Source: an uncultured Gemmatimonadales bacterium (lineage in GTDB: Bacteria > Gemmatimonadota > Gemmatimonadetes > Gemmatimonadales > GWC2-71-9). From it: 64,000 nt of DNA. The stretch is taken from assembly GCA_963828735.1 (NCBI GenBank), contig CAWHFW010000005.1, forward strand, positions 2,048,001 through 2,112,000. Direction: 5' to 3'. The position numbers and the translations under genes were made by a program. Positions 20,762 through 29,590 of this stretch are shown here, one piece after another (the stretch's first letter is position 1; every line of letters starts with the position of its first letter). Under the pieces are notes generated by a model. That model was not told where the DNA came from. It saw only the letters and a program-made list of their open reading frames with translations, and did no database searches.

Positions 20762-21784
20762 ATGCTGTTCCCCAACTGGCAGTACCCAATGGTCCGGTCG
20801 TTCCGCTCCATGCTTCCTCGGCTGCTCGTCCTCGCAGGCGCCGCGGCGTTGGCGGGGTGCGACAGCACCGAGAGCCCGCTCGATCCGGCGAGCGAGACCG
20901 CCCCGATCGAGGCGCCCGCCGATGCCGTGGCACCCGCCGATGGCCTGGCGGCGCTCACCACGTCACGAATCGCCTTCACCTCGTACTCTGGGATGCTTGG
21001 CGACATCTACCTGATGGACGCGCAAGGGAACAACCGCACCCGCCTCACGACCTGGGCCAGTACCGAGTTCGCTCCGAGCTGGTCCTACGACCGCAAGCGG
21101 GTCGCGATGGTGCGATTCCGGACGGACGCGACCAACGCTCAGCACTACGACATCTACGTGATGAATGCGGACGGGACCAACAAGCACTGGGCGAAGTCCT
21201 ATACCTCCGCGTTCCACATCATGGATCCATCCTGGTCGCCCGACGGATCGCGTCTGGTGGTGACCGTCGTCCTGCAAAACCTCCCCTACGTGGCCACCCT
21301 GAACCTGGCCACCGGCCAGCTCGCGCTCGTCTGGGCCACGGGCGGCAGCTACATGCAAGGTGAGGATCCTTCGTACGACCCGACGGGCCAGAAGATCATC
21401 TACGTGGGCCCCTCACACAACACCGTGGATCTCGTCGTTCCGGGTGGGCCGCACACTGTCCCCGTGTCGGGGGACATGCGGGTGGGCGATCCCACCTTCT
21501 CACCGGATGGGAAGAGGATCGCCTACAGCCGGATCGCGACCGGCACCTTCAACAACTACGAGGTCTACGTGAAGACCCCCGCCACGGGGGTGGTCACGCG
21601 GCTCACCAATAACGGTCACCATGATGGCGAGCCGAGCTGGTCGCCGGACGGAACCCGGATCGCGTTCTCGAGCGATCGGTCGGGCAGGCCGCAGATCTGG
21701 ACCATGAACAGCAGCACGGGTGGGAGCCTCGTCCGGATCACGAACAGCTCGAGGGACGAAGTGGAGCCGGCGTGGTACCATTAG
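20762..21784 (+). CDS. TolB-like PD40 beta-propeller lipoprotein
   Basis: GAGGAG RBS; lipobox ALAGC; repeated PSWSPDG/PTFSPDG. Confidence 0.85.
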   Translation: MLFPNWQYPMVRSFRSMLPRLLVLAGAAALAGCDSTESPLDPASETAPIEAPADAVAPADGLAALTTSRIAFTSYSGMLGDIYLMDAQGNNRTRLTTWASTEFAPSWSYDRKRVAMVRFRTDATNAQHYDIYVMNADGTNKHWAKSYTSAFHIMDPSWSPDGSRLVVTVVLQNLPYVATLNLATGQLALVWATGGSYMQGEDPSYDPTGQKIIYVGPSHNTVDLVVPGGPHTVPVSGDMRVGDPTFSPDGKRIAYSRIATGTFNNYEVYVKTPATGVVTRLTNNGHHDGEPSWSPDGTRIAFSSDRSGRPQIWTMNSSTGGSLVRITNSSRDEVEPAWYH

Positions 21785-21971
21785 GCCGGCGGGTGGCGGC
21801 GCTCGACGAGTCATCCTGAACCCTCGCTTCGCCCAGGGTGACTCGCTCGGGGCGTCGCAGGCTCGGGGTACGATCGTGAACGTCGGTGCGCCGGGCGGTC
21901 GGCCATCGCGCTGAGCCTGAGGCTTGACTGCCGCCAGTCGGGTTCTTCTTATGTTCTCTTGTAGAATCTTT

Positions 21972-22128
21972 CGCGCCGTGGCGCGATGGGACCAGGCTGC
22001 GGTGCTCGCCTCGGTCCGGAAGACCCGGCGCTGCCTGATCGTCCACGAAGACACGCTCTTCGAAGTGGCTGGCGTTGATATGGATGCATGGCTTACCTGC
22101 CGTCGGCCCGGGCTGCTTCCCTCCGGAG
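21972..22128 (+). repeat. Displaced duplicate of an E1 segment joined to a diverged copy of the E2 end
   Basis: 21972-22058 matches 18926-19012 (4 mismatches in 87 bp); 22060-22128 resembles 20381-20447. Confidence 0.85.
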
Positions 22129-22290
22129 TTGCTCCGCTGGATTTTCGAGGTTGACCCGCTCGCCCGTCCCCGGTGCCGGGGCCCGATGCGGATGGTGGCG
22201 GTGATTACGGATTCCGGGGTGATCAGCCGGATCCTCGCCCAGCGGGCCTGGGTCCGGGATGGCGCCCCCCGATCCCGGAGTCCCCCGCCG
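22126..22290 (+). mobile_element. Remnant of IS91-like transposase C-terminus
   Basis: [40 protein letters not shown]...RSPP resembles the LLxxxFEVDPLxCPxCGGxMRxIAxITDxxVIxRIL...RxPP tail. Confidence 0.6.
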
Positions 22291-22377
22291 CGCCAGTGTC
22301 GGATGTCGATTTCGCAAAGCGTGGTTCGACGTATAGGTAGGGGCCAGCCAGTCACTCCAGCACCTGGACGCACGCTC

Positions 22378-24822
22378 ATGCTCATCTCGGACCTACGCTA
22401 CGCCGTACGCAGCCTCTCCCGCGCGCGCGGGTTCACCCTCGCCGTGGTGCTCACCCTCGGCCTCGGTATCGGCGCAAACACCGCCATCTTCAGCGTCGTT
22501 CGCGGCGTGTTGTTGCGCCCCCTGCCCCACAAGGACGGCGAGCGGCTGGTCTATCTGCGGCATTCCCTACAAGGTCCGGGCGGAGAGAACGTGAACTTCT
22601 CCGTCCCCGAGATCAATGACTTCCGCGAGAGCGCCAAGAGCCTCGCCGGCATCGCCGAGTACTCGGGGATGATCTACACATTGCAGGGGAAGCCGGACGC
22701 GGTTCGCATGACCGTCGGCCTCGTCACGGGCAACTACTTCAACGTGATGGGGCTGTCCGCCGTCGCGGGTCGGTTGCTGACCGACGCCGATGATGGCGTG
22801 AACGTCCCGCCGGTCATGGTCCTCACGCACGAGTACTGGATGAAGCGCTTCGGCGGTGATCGGGGGATCATCGGCCAGCACGTTCGGCTCGGCGGTAAGT
22901 CGGTCCAAATCGTCGGCGTCGTGCAGCCGGCCCCGTACTTCCCGCGCCCGATGGATGCGCTGCTCAACATGGTCATGAGCGAGCACCACACGAGCGCCCT
23001 GATGGTGCAAGGCCGGAGCCATCGCATGACCGAGATGGTCGCGCGACTCGCACCCGGCGCGACCGTGGACCAGGCGAAGGTCGAGGCCGCGACGATCAAC
23101 GCCCGCGTGGTGAAGGCGTATCCTCAGGACTACGATCCGGGGTCGCGGTACGAGATCTCCGTCCTCCCATTTCAGGAAGTCCTCGGCGAGAAGGCAAGGC
23201 TCACGCTGTGGTTGCTCATGGGCGCCGCCGCGTTCGTCATGATCATCTCGAGCGCCAATGTCGCGAATCTGACGCTCATGCGAGCGGTCCGACGCGAGCA
23301 CGAGCTCGTGGTTCGCGCGGCGCTCGGCGCGGGGACCGCTCGGCTCCGCCGCTTGCTGCTCGTCGAGAATCTTGTGCTCGCGTTGACGGGCGCGGTGGTG
23401 GGTCTGCTGATCGCGATCGCTGGCGTTCGGCTGCTCGTCTCGCTGGCCGAGCGCTATTCCCCGCGCGCGAACGAGATTCGGCTGGACGGCATGGTGTTGG
23501 GCTTCACGCTGCTGCTCTCGGTGCTCGTGGCGGTGCTGCTCGCGTTCGCGCCGACGCTCGCCAAGGAAGGATCGTTGGGAGCATGGGTCGCCGCGGGCGC
23601 GAACCGAATGAGCGGTGGTGTCCGCGGTCAGCGCCTGCAACGCGGCCTCGTCGTCGCGCAGATCGCCGTATCGGTCATCCTGTTGACGGGTGCGGGGCTG
23701 CTCACACGCACGATGCTTCAGCTCTCAGAGGTGGACACGGGCCTCACCACCGAGCGGATCCTGACCATGGAAGTGCCGTTCGACTTCGAGGCGCGGAAGG
23801 ACGAGGACGCGAAGGCGCTGTTCGAGCGGATGCAGCTCGAGGTCGCGGCGATTCCGGGAGTGCGCGAGGTCGGCATCGGCTCGACGATGCCGCTCCGTGC
23901 GACCGAGGCCGTGCTCGAAGTGAAGGCGGAAGGACGAGCGCTCGCCAGCGGTGAGGCCATTCCGCGAGCCGATTACCGAACGGTCAGTCCTGGATTCTTT
24001 CATGCGGCCGGCATCCCGTTGATGCAGGGACGCGAGTTCGCGGAGACCGACACGAAGCAGGCGGCGCGAGTGGTGATCCTCAACAAGACGCTCGCTTCCA
24101 GGCTCTTTCCGAACCGCGACCCGATTGGACAGCGCGTGGCGTGGACGGGCGAGGTGCTCAAGTTCATCGGCCTGAGCGACGAGTGGCGTACGGTGGTCGG
24201 CGTGGTCGGTGACACGAAAGACGGCGGACTCGACGCCGCGCCCCGCGGCGCGCTGTTCCAGCCAATGAAGCAGGAAGCGATGTTCGGCGGCGGTCTCGTG
24301 ATTCGCTCAGAGCGTGATCCGGCCACACTCGCGCCGGCCGCGACTCGCATCGTGCGGAGCATCGTGCCGAACGATCCGATCGAGAACGTGCTCACCATCG
24401 GCCAGATCAAGGATCAGAGCGTCGCCCCTCGGCGACTGAATGCGGTGCTGGTGTCGTCGTTCGGCGTCCTGGCGGCGATCATTGCGGCAGTCGGCATCGC
24501 CGGCGTGCTGGCGTTCTCGGTGAGCGCGCGGACGAACGAGATCGGCATCCGCATGAGCCTTGGCGCGGACAGCGCGCGGGTGCAGCGCATGGTATTGGCG
24601 GAGGGCGGGATCCTGCTGGTCTATGGCTTGGTGCTGGGGGTCGCGGGCGCCCTGACCGGCACCCGGCTGATCCGCGGACTACTGTTCGGCGTCGCGCCGA
24701 ACGACCCGATCACGCTGGTGGCCGTGGCATTGATGATGGTGGTGGTGGGGGTGGCGGCGTGCTGGCTGCCGGCGGTTCGCGCGGCTCGGATCGATCCTGC
24801 GGTGGCGATCAGAAGGCAATAG
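22378..24822 (+). CDS. ABC transporter permease, duplicated MacB/FtsX (ADOP-like orphan permease)
   Basis: [22 protein letters not shown], two FtsX domains ([17 protein letters not shown]), AARIDP C-terminus. Confidence 0.92.
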   Translation: MLISDLRYAVRSLSRARGFTLAVVLTLGLGIGANTAIFSVVRGVLLRPLPHKDGERLVYLRHSLQGPGGENVNFSVPEINDFRESAKSLAGIAEYSGMIYTLQGKPDAVRMTVGLVTGNYFNVMGLSAVAGRLLTDADDGVNVPPVMVLTHEYWMKRFGGDRGIIGQHVRLGGKSVQIVGVVQPAPYFPRPMDALLNMVMSEHHTSALMVQGRSHRMTEMVARLAPGATVDQAKVEAATINARVVKAYPQDYDPGSRYEISVLPFQEVLGEKARLTLWLLMGAAAFVMIISSANVANLTLMRAVRREHELVVRAALGAGTARLRRLLLVENLVLALTGAVVGLLIAIAGVRLLVSLAERYSPRANEIRLDGMVLGFTLLLSVLVAVLLAFAPTLAKEGSLGAWVAAGANRMSGGVRGQRLQRGLVVAQIAVSVILLTGAGLLTRTMLQLSEVDTGLTTERILTMEVPFDFEARKDEDAKALFERMQLEVAAIPGVREVGIGSTMPLRATEAVLEVKAEGRALASGEAIPRADYRTVSPGFFHAAGIPLMQGREFAETDTKQAARVVILNKTLASRLFPNRDPIGQRVAWTGEVLKFIGLSDEWRTVVGVVGDTKDGGLDAAPRGALFQPMKQEAMFGGGLVIRSERDPATLAPAATRIVRSIVPNDPIENVLTIGQIKDQSVAPRRLNAVLVSSFGVLAAIIAAVGIAGVLAFSVSARTNEIGIRMSLGADSARVQRMVLAEGGILLVYGLVLGVAGALTGTRLIRGLLFGVAPNDPITLVAVALMMVVVGVAACWLPAVRAARIDPAVAIRRQ

Positions 24823-24881
24823 AATGCACGGCGGGAGCGGCGGGATTGGTTGAGCGTGCCGTAGAGGACCGGCGGTAAAGG

Positions 24882-24968
24882 GGCGGGGGCGCTGACGCGC
24901 CGGCGGGAGCGGACCTCCAAGCGCCACCCCGCCGGGCGCGGCCCCCCGCCGGGCGCAGCCCACCCGCC
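24882..24968. repeat. GC-rich REP-like palindromic repeat (family 2)
   Basis: GGCGGGGGCGCTGACGCGCCGGC...CCCGCCGGGCGCAGCCCACCCGCC shared with 26004, 28097, 29432, 33323. Confidence 0.75.
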
Positions 24969-25006
24969 GCCCCATTCCTGGATTCGGCGCGCGCGAGACT
25001 TGAGCC

Positions 25007-26071
25007 TCAGGGCACGCGCCCCTCGAGGATCGTCGCCAGCCGCGCCGGATCGAGGTTGCCGCCCGAGACGACGCAGACCACCGGGCCCTCCGGGCGCGGC
25101 ACGGCCGCTCCGCCCGGGCCCGTGGCCGGGCGGCCGGCGAATGCGGCGGCCAGCGACGCGGCTCCCGCGCCCTCGGCGACAACGCGCGCCCGCGTGACGA
25201 GGAGGCGGATCGCGGCGGCGATTTCCTCGAGCCCGACGACGAAGCTTCCGGCGAGCAGGGTAGAGGCGAGCGGCCACATCTCGGCGAGGATGCCGCGCCC
25301 GCCGATGCCGTCGACGAAGCTCGGCCGGTAGTCGATCGCGGTGGGCGCGCCGGCGGCGAGCGCGGGCGCCAGCGGGGCCGCGGTCTCGACTTCGCAGGCG
25401 AACGTCGGGGCGGTGGATCCGGTCGCGCGCACACCGGCGGCGATGCCGCTCGACAGCCCGCCGCCGCCGTACGGCACGAGGACGCTCGCGACCGCGGGGA
25501 GGTCCTCGAGGATCTCGAGCCCGATCGTCGCGTTGCCCGCGATCACGGCCGGGTCACTCACCGGGTGGATGAAGCGCCCCGTCATGCCCTCGTAGCCCCG
25601 CTCGACCAGCACCTGCCACCAGCGCTCGAACGGCACCGGAACGATGCGCGCGCCGAGGCGCTCGATCGCGTCCAGCTTGGCCCGCGGCGCGTGGTCGGGG
25701 ACGACGACGGCGCACGGCACGCCGGCCGCGCGGGCGCACCAGGCGACCCCCTGGGCCATGTTGCCGGCGCTCGCGGTGTAGACGCCGCGCGCCAGCTCGT
25801 CGCGCGGGATCAGGCCCATCGCGCTGGCGGCGCCGCGGATCTTGAACGAGCCGATCGGCTGGAGCGTCTCGAGCTTGAGCCAGGTCTCGGGTTCACCCGG
25901 CTCCGGCGGAAGGCGGAGCAGCGGCGTGCGCAGGGCGATGCCCTGGATGCGCCCGCGGGCGGCGAGGACCTCCTCGCGCGTCGGTGGATGGAGCACGGGC
26001 GGTAGCCCACCCGCCGGGCCCCGCCCACCCGCCGGCGCAGCCCCCGCCCGGTCCGGCGGCGCGGGCGTCAT
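25007..26071 (-). CDS. PLP-dependent threonine/serine dehydratase family protein
   Basis: LKLETLQPIGSFKIRGA, SAGNMAQG, PYGGGGL, VSGGNLD; ATGA overlap. Confidence 0.9.
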   Translation of the reverse strand: MTPAPPDRAGAAPAGGRGPAGGLPPVLHPPTREEVLAARGRIQGIALRTPLLRLPPEPGEPETWLKLETLQPIGSFKIRGAASAMGLIPRDELARGVYTASAGNMAQGVAWCARAAGVPCAVVVPDHAPRAKLDAIERLGARIVPVPFERWWQVLVERGYEGMTGRFIHPVSDPAVIAGNATIGLEILEDLPAVASVLVPYGGGGLSSGIAAGVRATGSTAPTFACEVETAAPLAPALAAGAPTAIDYRPSFVDGIGGRGILAEMWPLASTLLAGSFVVGLEEIAAAIRLLVTRARVVAEGAGAASLAAAFAGRPATGPGGAAVPRPEGPVVCVVSGGNLDPARLATILEGRVP

Positions 26072-27072
26072 GCGAGATCCGCCGGGCCGCCCCACTCGAG
26101 CCACGTTCCGCCGCCGGAGGTGACCGCGCTCCGGTGGATGTAGTGCGCCGCGGCGAGGTCCTCGATCGCGATGCCGAGCGACTCGTAGACCGTGATGTCG
26201 TCGCGCGACACCCGCCCGGGGACCTTGCCGAGGAACACGTCGCCCATCTCGCCGAGCAGGTGATCGTCGCCGATCGCGCCCTCGGCGCGGGCGAGCCGGA
26301 AGTCGCCGGACTCGTTGAGGCACGACTCGCGGCAATCGGTGAAGACGCGCGCCCGGCGGACGGCCTCGGTGTCGAGCTCGCGGCTGGACGGGAAGCACGC
26401 GCCGACCGCGTTGACGTGGGCACCGGGCGCGAGCCACGCGCCCTCGAGGATGGGCTCGCGCGCCGCGGTCGTGGTGCAGACCAGGTCGGCGTTGCGCACG
26501 GCGTCCTCGGCGCGGCCCGCCACCTCGATCGGGATGCCTGCGCGCGCGCTCTCCTCGCGTGCGAAGTGCTCGGCGTGGGCCCGCGTGCGGCTCCACACGC
26601 GGACGCGGCGCAGCGGGCGCACGTTGCGCATCGCCGCCAGGTGGCTGCGCGACTGCGTGCCCGCGCCGAGGAGCGCCAGGTCGCCGGCATCGTGCCGCGC
26701 CAGCGCGTCGGTGGCGGCGGCGGACGCCGCGGCGGTGCGGATTGCGGTGATCGCCGTCGCGTCGATGATCGCCAGCGGCTCGCCGTGCGCGATCCCGAAG
26801 AGCATCACGACGCCCTGGTGCGAGTCGTACAGCGTGCCGTGGTTGCCGGGCATGACCGAAACGACCTTCAGGCCGAAGCTCTGCGGCGCGCCGAGGTAGC
26901 CCGGCATGAGCCCGAGGAGGCCCGAGCCGTCGGGCAGGCGCAGCATGCTGCGCAGCGGCTGCACCGCCTCGCCCCGGGCCAGCGTGGCAAGCGCCTCGCG
27001 CATGAGGAGGATGCACATCTCCATGGGGAGGAGCTCGCGGACGCCCGCCTCGTTGACGAACAGGACCTTCAC
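26068..27072 (-). CDS. Ornithine cyclodeaminase / mu-crystallin family protein
   Basis: ITAIRTAAASA, GAGTQ, GAHVNAVGA, YESLGIAIEDLAAA. Confidence 0.92.
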   Translation of the reverse strand: MKVLFVNEAGVRELLPMEMCILLMREALATLARGEAVQPLRSMLRLPDGSGLLGLMPGYLGAPQSFGLKVVSVMPGNHGTLYDSHQGVVMLFGIAHGEPLAIIDATAITAIRTAAASAAATDALARHDAGDLALLGAGTQSRSHLAAMRNVRPLRRVRVWSRTRAHAEHFAREESARAGIPIEVAGRAEDAVRNADLVCTTTAAREPILEGAWLAPGAHVNAVGACFPSSRELDTEAVRRARVFTDCRESCLNESGDFRLARAEGAIGDDHLLGEMGDVFLGKVPGRVSRDDITVYESLGIAIEDLAAAHYIHRSAVTSGGGTWLEWGGPADLA

Positions 27073-28049
27073 GCCCGTGTCTCCGCCGCGCCCGGCGCGA
27101 ACAGGGCGAGCACGCATTCGGGATCGACGTTGCCGCCGGAGACGATCGAGACGACGCGCGTCCCGGCGGGCAGCTTCACGCGGCCGGCGAGCAGTGCGGC
27201 CGTCGCCGCGGCACCCGAGCCCTCGACATACAGCTTGGCGCGGACGAGCAGTGCGCGCATCGCCTCGCGGATCTCCTCCTCGGTGACCAGCACGACCTCG
27301 TCGAGCACGTCGCGCGCGACCTCGAGCGGGATCGCGCCGACGAACGGCGGCGTGAGGCCGTCGGCGATCGTCCCCGCGGGACGGGGGACGGGCACCGCCT
27401 TGCCGGCGGCGAGCGACGGGGTCATGCCCGGCCCGGCCTCGAGCTCGACGCCGACGACCCGGCAGCCGGGCACGAGCGCCTTCACCGCGCAGGCGACGCC
27501 GGCCATCAGCCCGCCGCCACCGATCGGCACGATCACGCACTCGACGTCGGGCACCTGCTCGACGATCTCGAGGCCGACCGTTCCCGCCCCAGCGAGCCCG
27601 ACCGGGTCGTCGAACGGGTGGACGAACGTCGCTCCGGTGCGGGCCTCCTCCTCGCGGAGGCGGTCGAACAGCGTCGCGCGATCCGCGTGGGCGACGATCG
27701 TCGCGCCGTAGCTGTGGACGGCATCGGTCTTCGAGCGAGGTGCGTCTGCCGGCATGACGACCGTCGCCGGCACACCGACGACGCGCGCCGCCCACGCGAC
27801 GGCCTGCGCGTGGTTGCCGGCCGACACGGTGACCAGGCCGCGCGCGCGCCGCGCCTGGTCGAGCGACAGCACGACGTTGAGCGCCCCGCGCGGCTTGAAC
27901 GAGCCGGTCTTCTGGAAGCTTTCGCACTTGAGGTCGAGGCGCACGCCGGCCCGCTCCCCGAGGGTGCGCGAGGAAAGCATGGGCGTGCGGTGGAGGTGCG
28001 GCGCAGTGCCGGCGGCGGCTTCGCGAATGGCGTCGAGCGGGATGCGCAT
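27069..28049 (-). CDS. PLP-dependent threonine/serine dehydratase (serine racemase-like)
   Basis: LKCESFQKTGSFKPRGA, SAGNHAQ, HPFDDP, PIGGGGL, SGGNVD. Confidence 0.9.
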   Translation of the reverse strand: MRIPLDAIREAAAGTAPHLHRTPMLSSRTLGERAGVRLDLKCESFQKTGSFKPRGALNVVLSLDQARRARGLVTVSAGNHAQAVAWAARVVGVPATVVMPADAPRSKTDAVHSYGATIVAHADRATLFDRLREEEARTGATFVHPFDDPVGLAGAGTVGLEIVEQVPDVECVIVPIGGGGLMAGVACAVKALVPGCRVVGVELEAGPGMTPSLAAGKAVPVPRPAGTIADGLTPPFVGAIPLEVARDVLDEVVLVTEEEIREAMRALLVRAKLYVEGSGAAATAALLAGRVKLPAGTRVVSIVSGGNVDPECVLALFAPGAAETRA

Positions 28050-28096
28050 GGTGCGGCGAAGCTGGCAGGCGGTGGCGACGGTGTCAAGGCGAAAAA

Positions 28097-28129
28097 GCGG
28101 GGGCGCTGACGCGCCGGCGCAGCCCCCGC
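28097..28129. repeat. Short family-2 palindrome
   Basis: GCGGGGGCGCTGACGCGCCGGCGCAGCCCCCGC hairpin. Confidence 0.7.
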
Positions 28130-28178
28130 CCATGCCCGCCGCTTGACAGCCGCCAGTCATCTTCGTCTTATGTTCGCC

Positions 28179-29423
28179 ATGGACACGGCCACAATCCTTC
28201 ACGCGGACCTGGACGCGTTCTACGCCTCCGTCGAGCAGATGCTCGATCCGTCCCTCAAGGGCAAGCCGATCGCAGTCGGGGGCGGCGTGGTGCTCGCGGC
28301 GTCCTACGAAGCGAAGGCCTTCGGTGTCCACGGCGGCATGCCGGGTCGGCGGGCGCGAGAGCTTTGCCCCGACCTGGTCTTCGTCGGGGGGCACTTCAAG
28401 GAGTACCAACGGCTCGGCGACGCCGCGATCAGGGTACTGGGCGACTTCACGCCGCTGGTCGAGCGGATCTCGATCGACGAGGCGTTCGCCGACGTCGCAG
28501 GCTGCACGCACCTCTTCGGCACGCCGGCCGAGATCGCCGGAGCGATCCGCCGACGCGTGCGCGACGAGCTGGCCCTTCCCATCTCCGTCGGCGTCGCCAG
28601 CACAAAACACCTCGCCAAGATCGCCTCGCAGGTCGCCAAACCTGACGGGCTGGTTGTCGTCGACCCGGGGACCGAGCTCGCCTTTCTTCATGTTTTGCCG
28701 GTGGAGATGATGTGGGGCGTCGGCCCGGCGACGAGGGCGCGACTCGCCGAACGCGGCATCGCTACCATCGGCGACCTGGCGAAGAGCTCCCCAGGCGCGA
28801 TTGCCAGCCTTCTCGGCCCTGCCGCGGGCGAGAGGCTGGCCGCCCTCGCCTGGAACCGCGATCCTCGCGCCATCCGGACCCATGTCCACGCCCACTCGGT
28901 TGGAGCGCAATCGGCGCTCGGCCGAAGGCCCGTCGAGGACCCGGTCATCCGCCCCGCGCTCCGCCACCTTGCCGACCGGGTCGGCTCGCGCCTCAGGGCG
29001 AAGGGCAAGTCCGGGCGGACCGTGACGGTGCGGGTGCGCTTCGGCAACCTCCGCTCGGTGACACACGCCGTGACGCTGCCGCAACCCGTCGCCGCGACGG
29101 CCATCCTGGCGGAGATCGCCGAGGACCTGGTGCGAGCTGTCCTCAGGAGCCATCCCGAAGAGCGCGCGATCTCCCTGCTTGCCATCTCGGTCTCGCATAT
29201 CGAGGAGCAGCCGGTGGTGCAGCTCGATCTGCCGCTCGGCCTCGCGGACGAGGCCCGGCGCCCGGGCGCCACGAGAGGAATGGCGCACCTCCTCGCGGAC
29301 CGCGCCATCGACGCTATTCGCGACCGTTTCGGCTGGGAATCCGTCGGATATGCCTCGGTGGCGCTGGATGCCAGGCGCTCGGTTCCCGACGCGTTTCGGG
29401 AGCTGGCGGAGAGGGAGTTGTAG
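28179..29423 (+). CDS. dinB: DNA polymerase IV (Y family)
   Basis: ILHADLDAFYASVE, AASYEAK, ISIDEAF, AKIASQVAKPDG; alternative start 28170. Confidence 0.93.
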   Translation: MDTATILHADLDAFYASVEQMLDPSLKGKPIAVGGGVVLAASYEAKAFGVHGGMPGRRARELCPDLVFVGGHFKEYQRLGDAAIRVLGDFTPLVERISIDEAFADVAGCTHLFGTPAEIAGAIRRRVRDELALPISVGVASTKHLAKIASQVAKPDGLVVVDPGTELAFLHVLPVEMMWGVGPATRARLAERGIATIGDLAKSSPGAIASLLGPAAGERLAALAWNRDPRAIRTHVHAHSVGAQSALGRRPVEDPVIRPALRHLADRVGSRLRAKGKSGRTVTVRVRFGNLRSVTHAVTLPQPVAATAILAEIAEDLVRAVLRSHPEERAISLLAISVSHIEEQPVVQLDLPLGLADEARRPGATRGMAHLLADRAIDAIRDRFGWESVGYASVALDARRSVPDAFRELAEREL

Positions 29424-29431
29424 GGAGGTCG

Positions 29432-29542
29432 GGCGGGGGCGCTGACGCCCCGGCTGGAGCGGCGGGGAACGGCCACCTCCAATTAGCACTCCGCCGTTCC
29501 CGCCGGGCGCAGCCCACCCGCTGGCGCGTCAGCGCCCCCGCC
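29432..29542. repeat. Longest family-2 palindromic element
   Basis: 17-bp perfect outer IR GGCGGGGGCGCTGACGC plus inner IR GGGAACGGC/GCCGTTCCC. Confidence 0.8.
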
Positions 29543-29590
29543 GTGTCGGCTGCCACCTCCGGCGCCCTCGGATCGCGATAGCTTCGCCGG

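Noticed and set aside
21810..21842. GTCATCCTGA...CAGGGTGAC hairpin as a third REP family
   Set aside because: Single degenerate copy in this window
22075..22377. N-terminal extension of the ABC permease in the ORF track
   Set aside because: Made of duplicated and IS-remnant sequence; the family-typical start is MLISDLRYA at 22378
28143..28177. Sigma70 promoter or LexA box upstream of dinB
   Set aside because: TTGACA is present but TATGTT is 20 bp away, and only a GTTC half-site is visible
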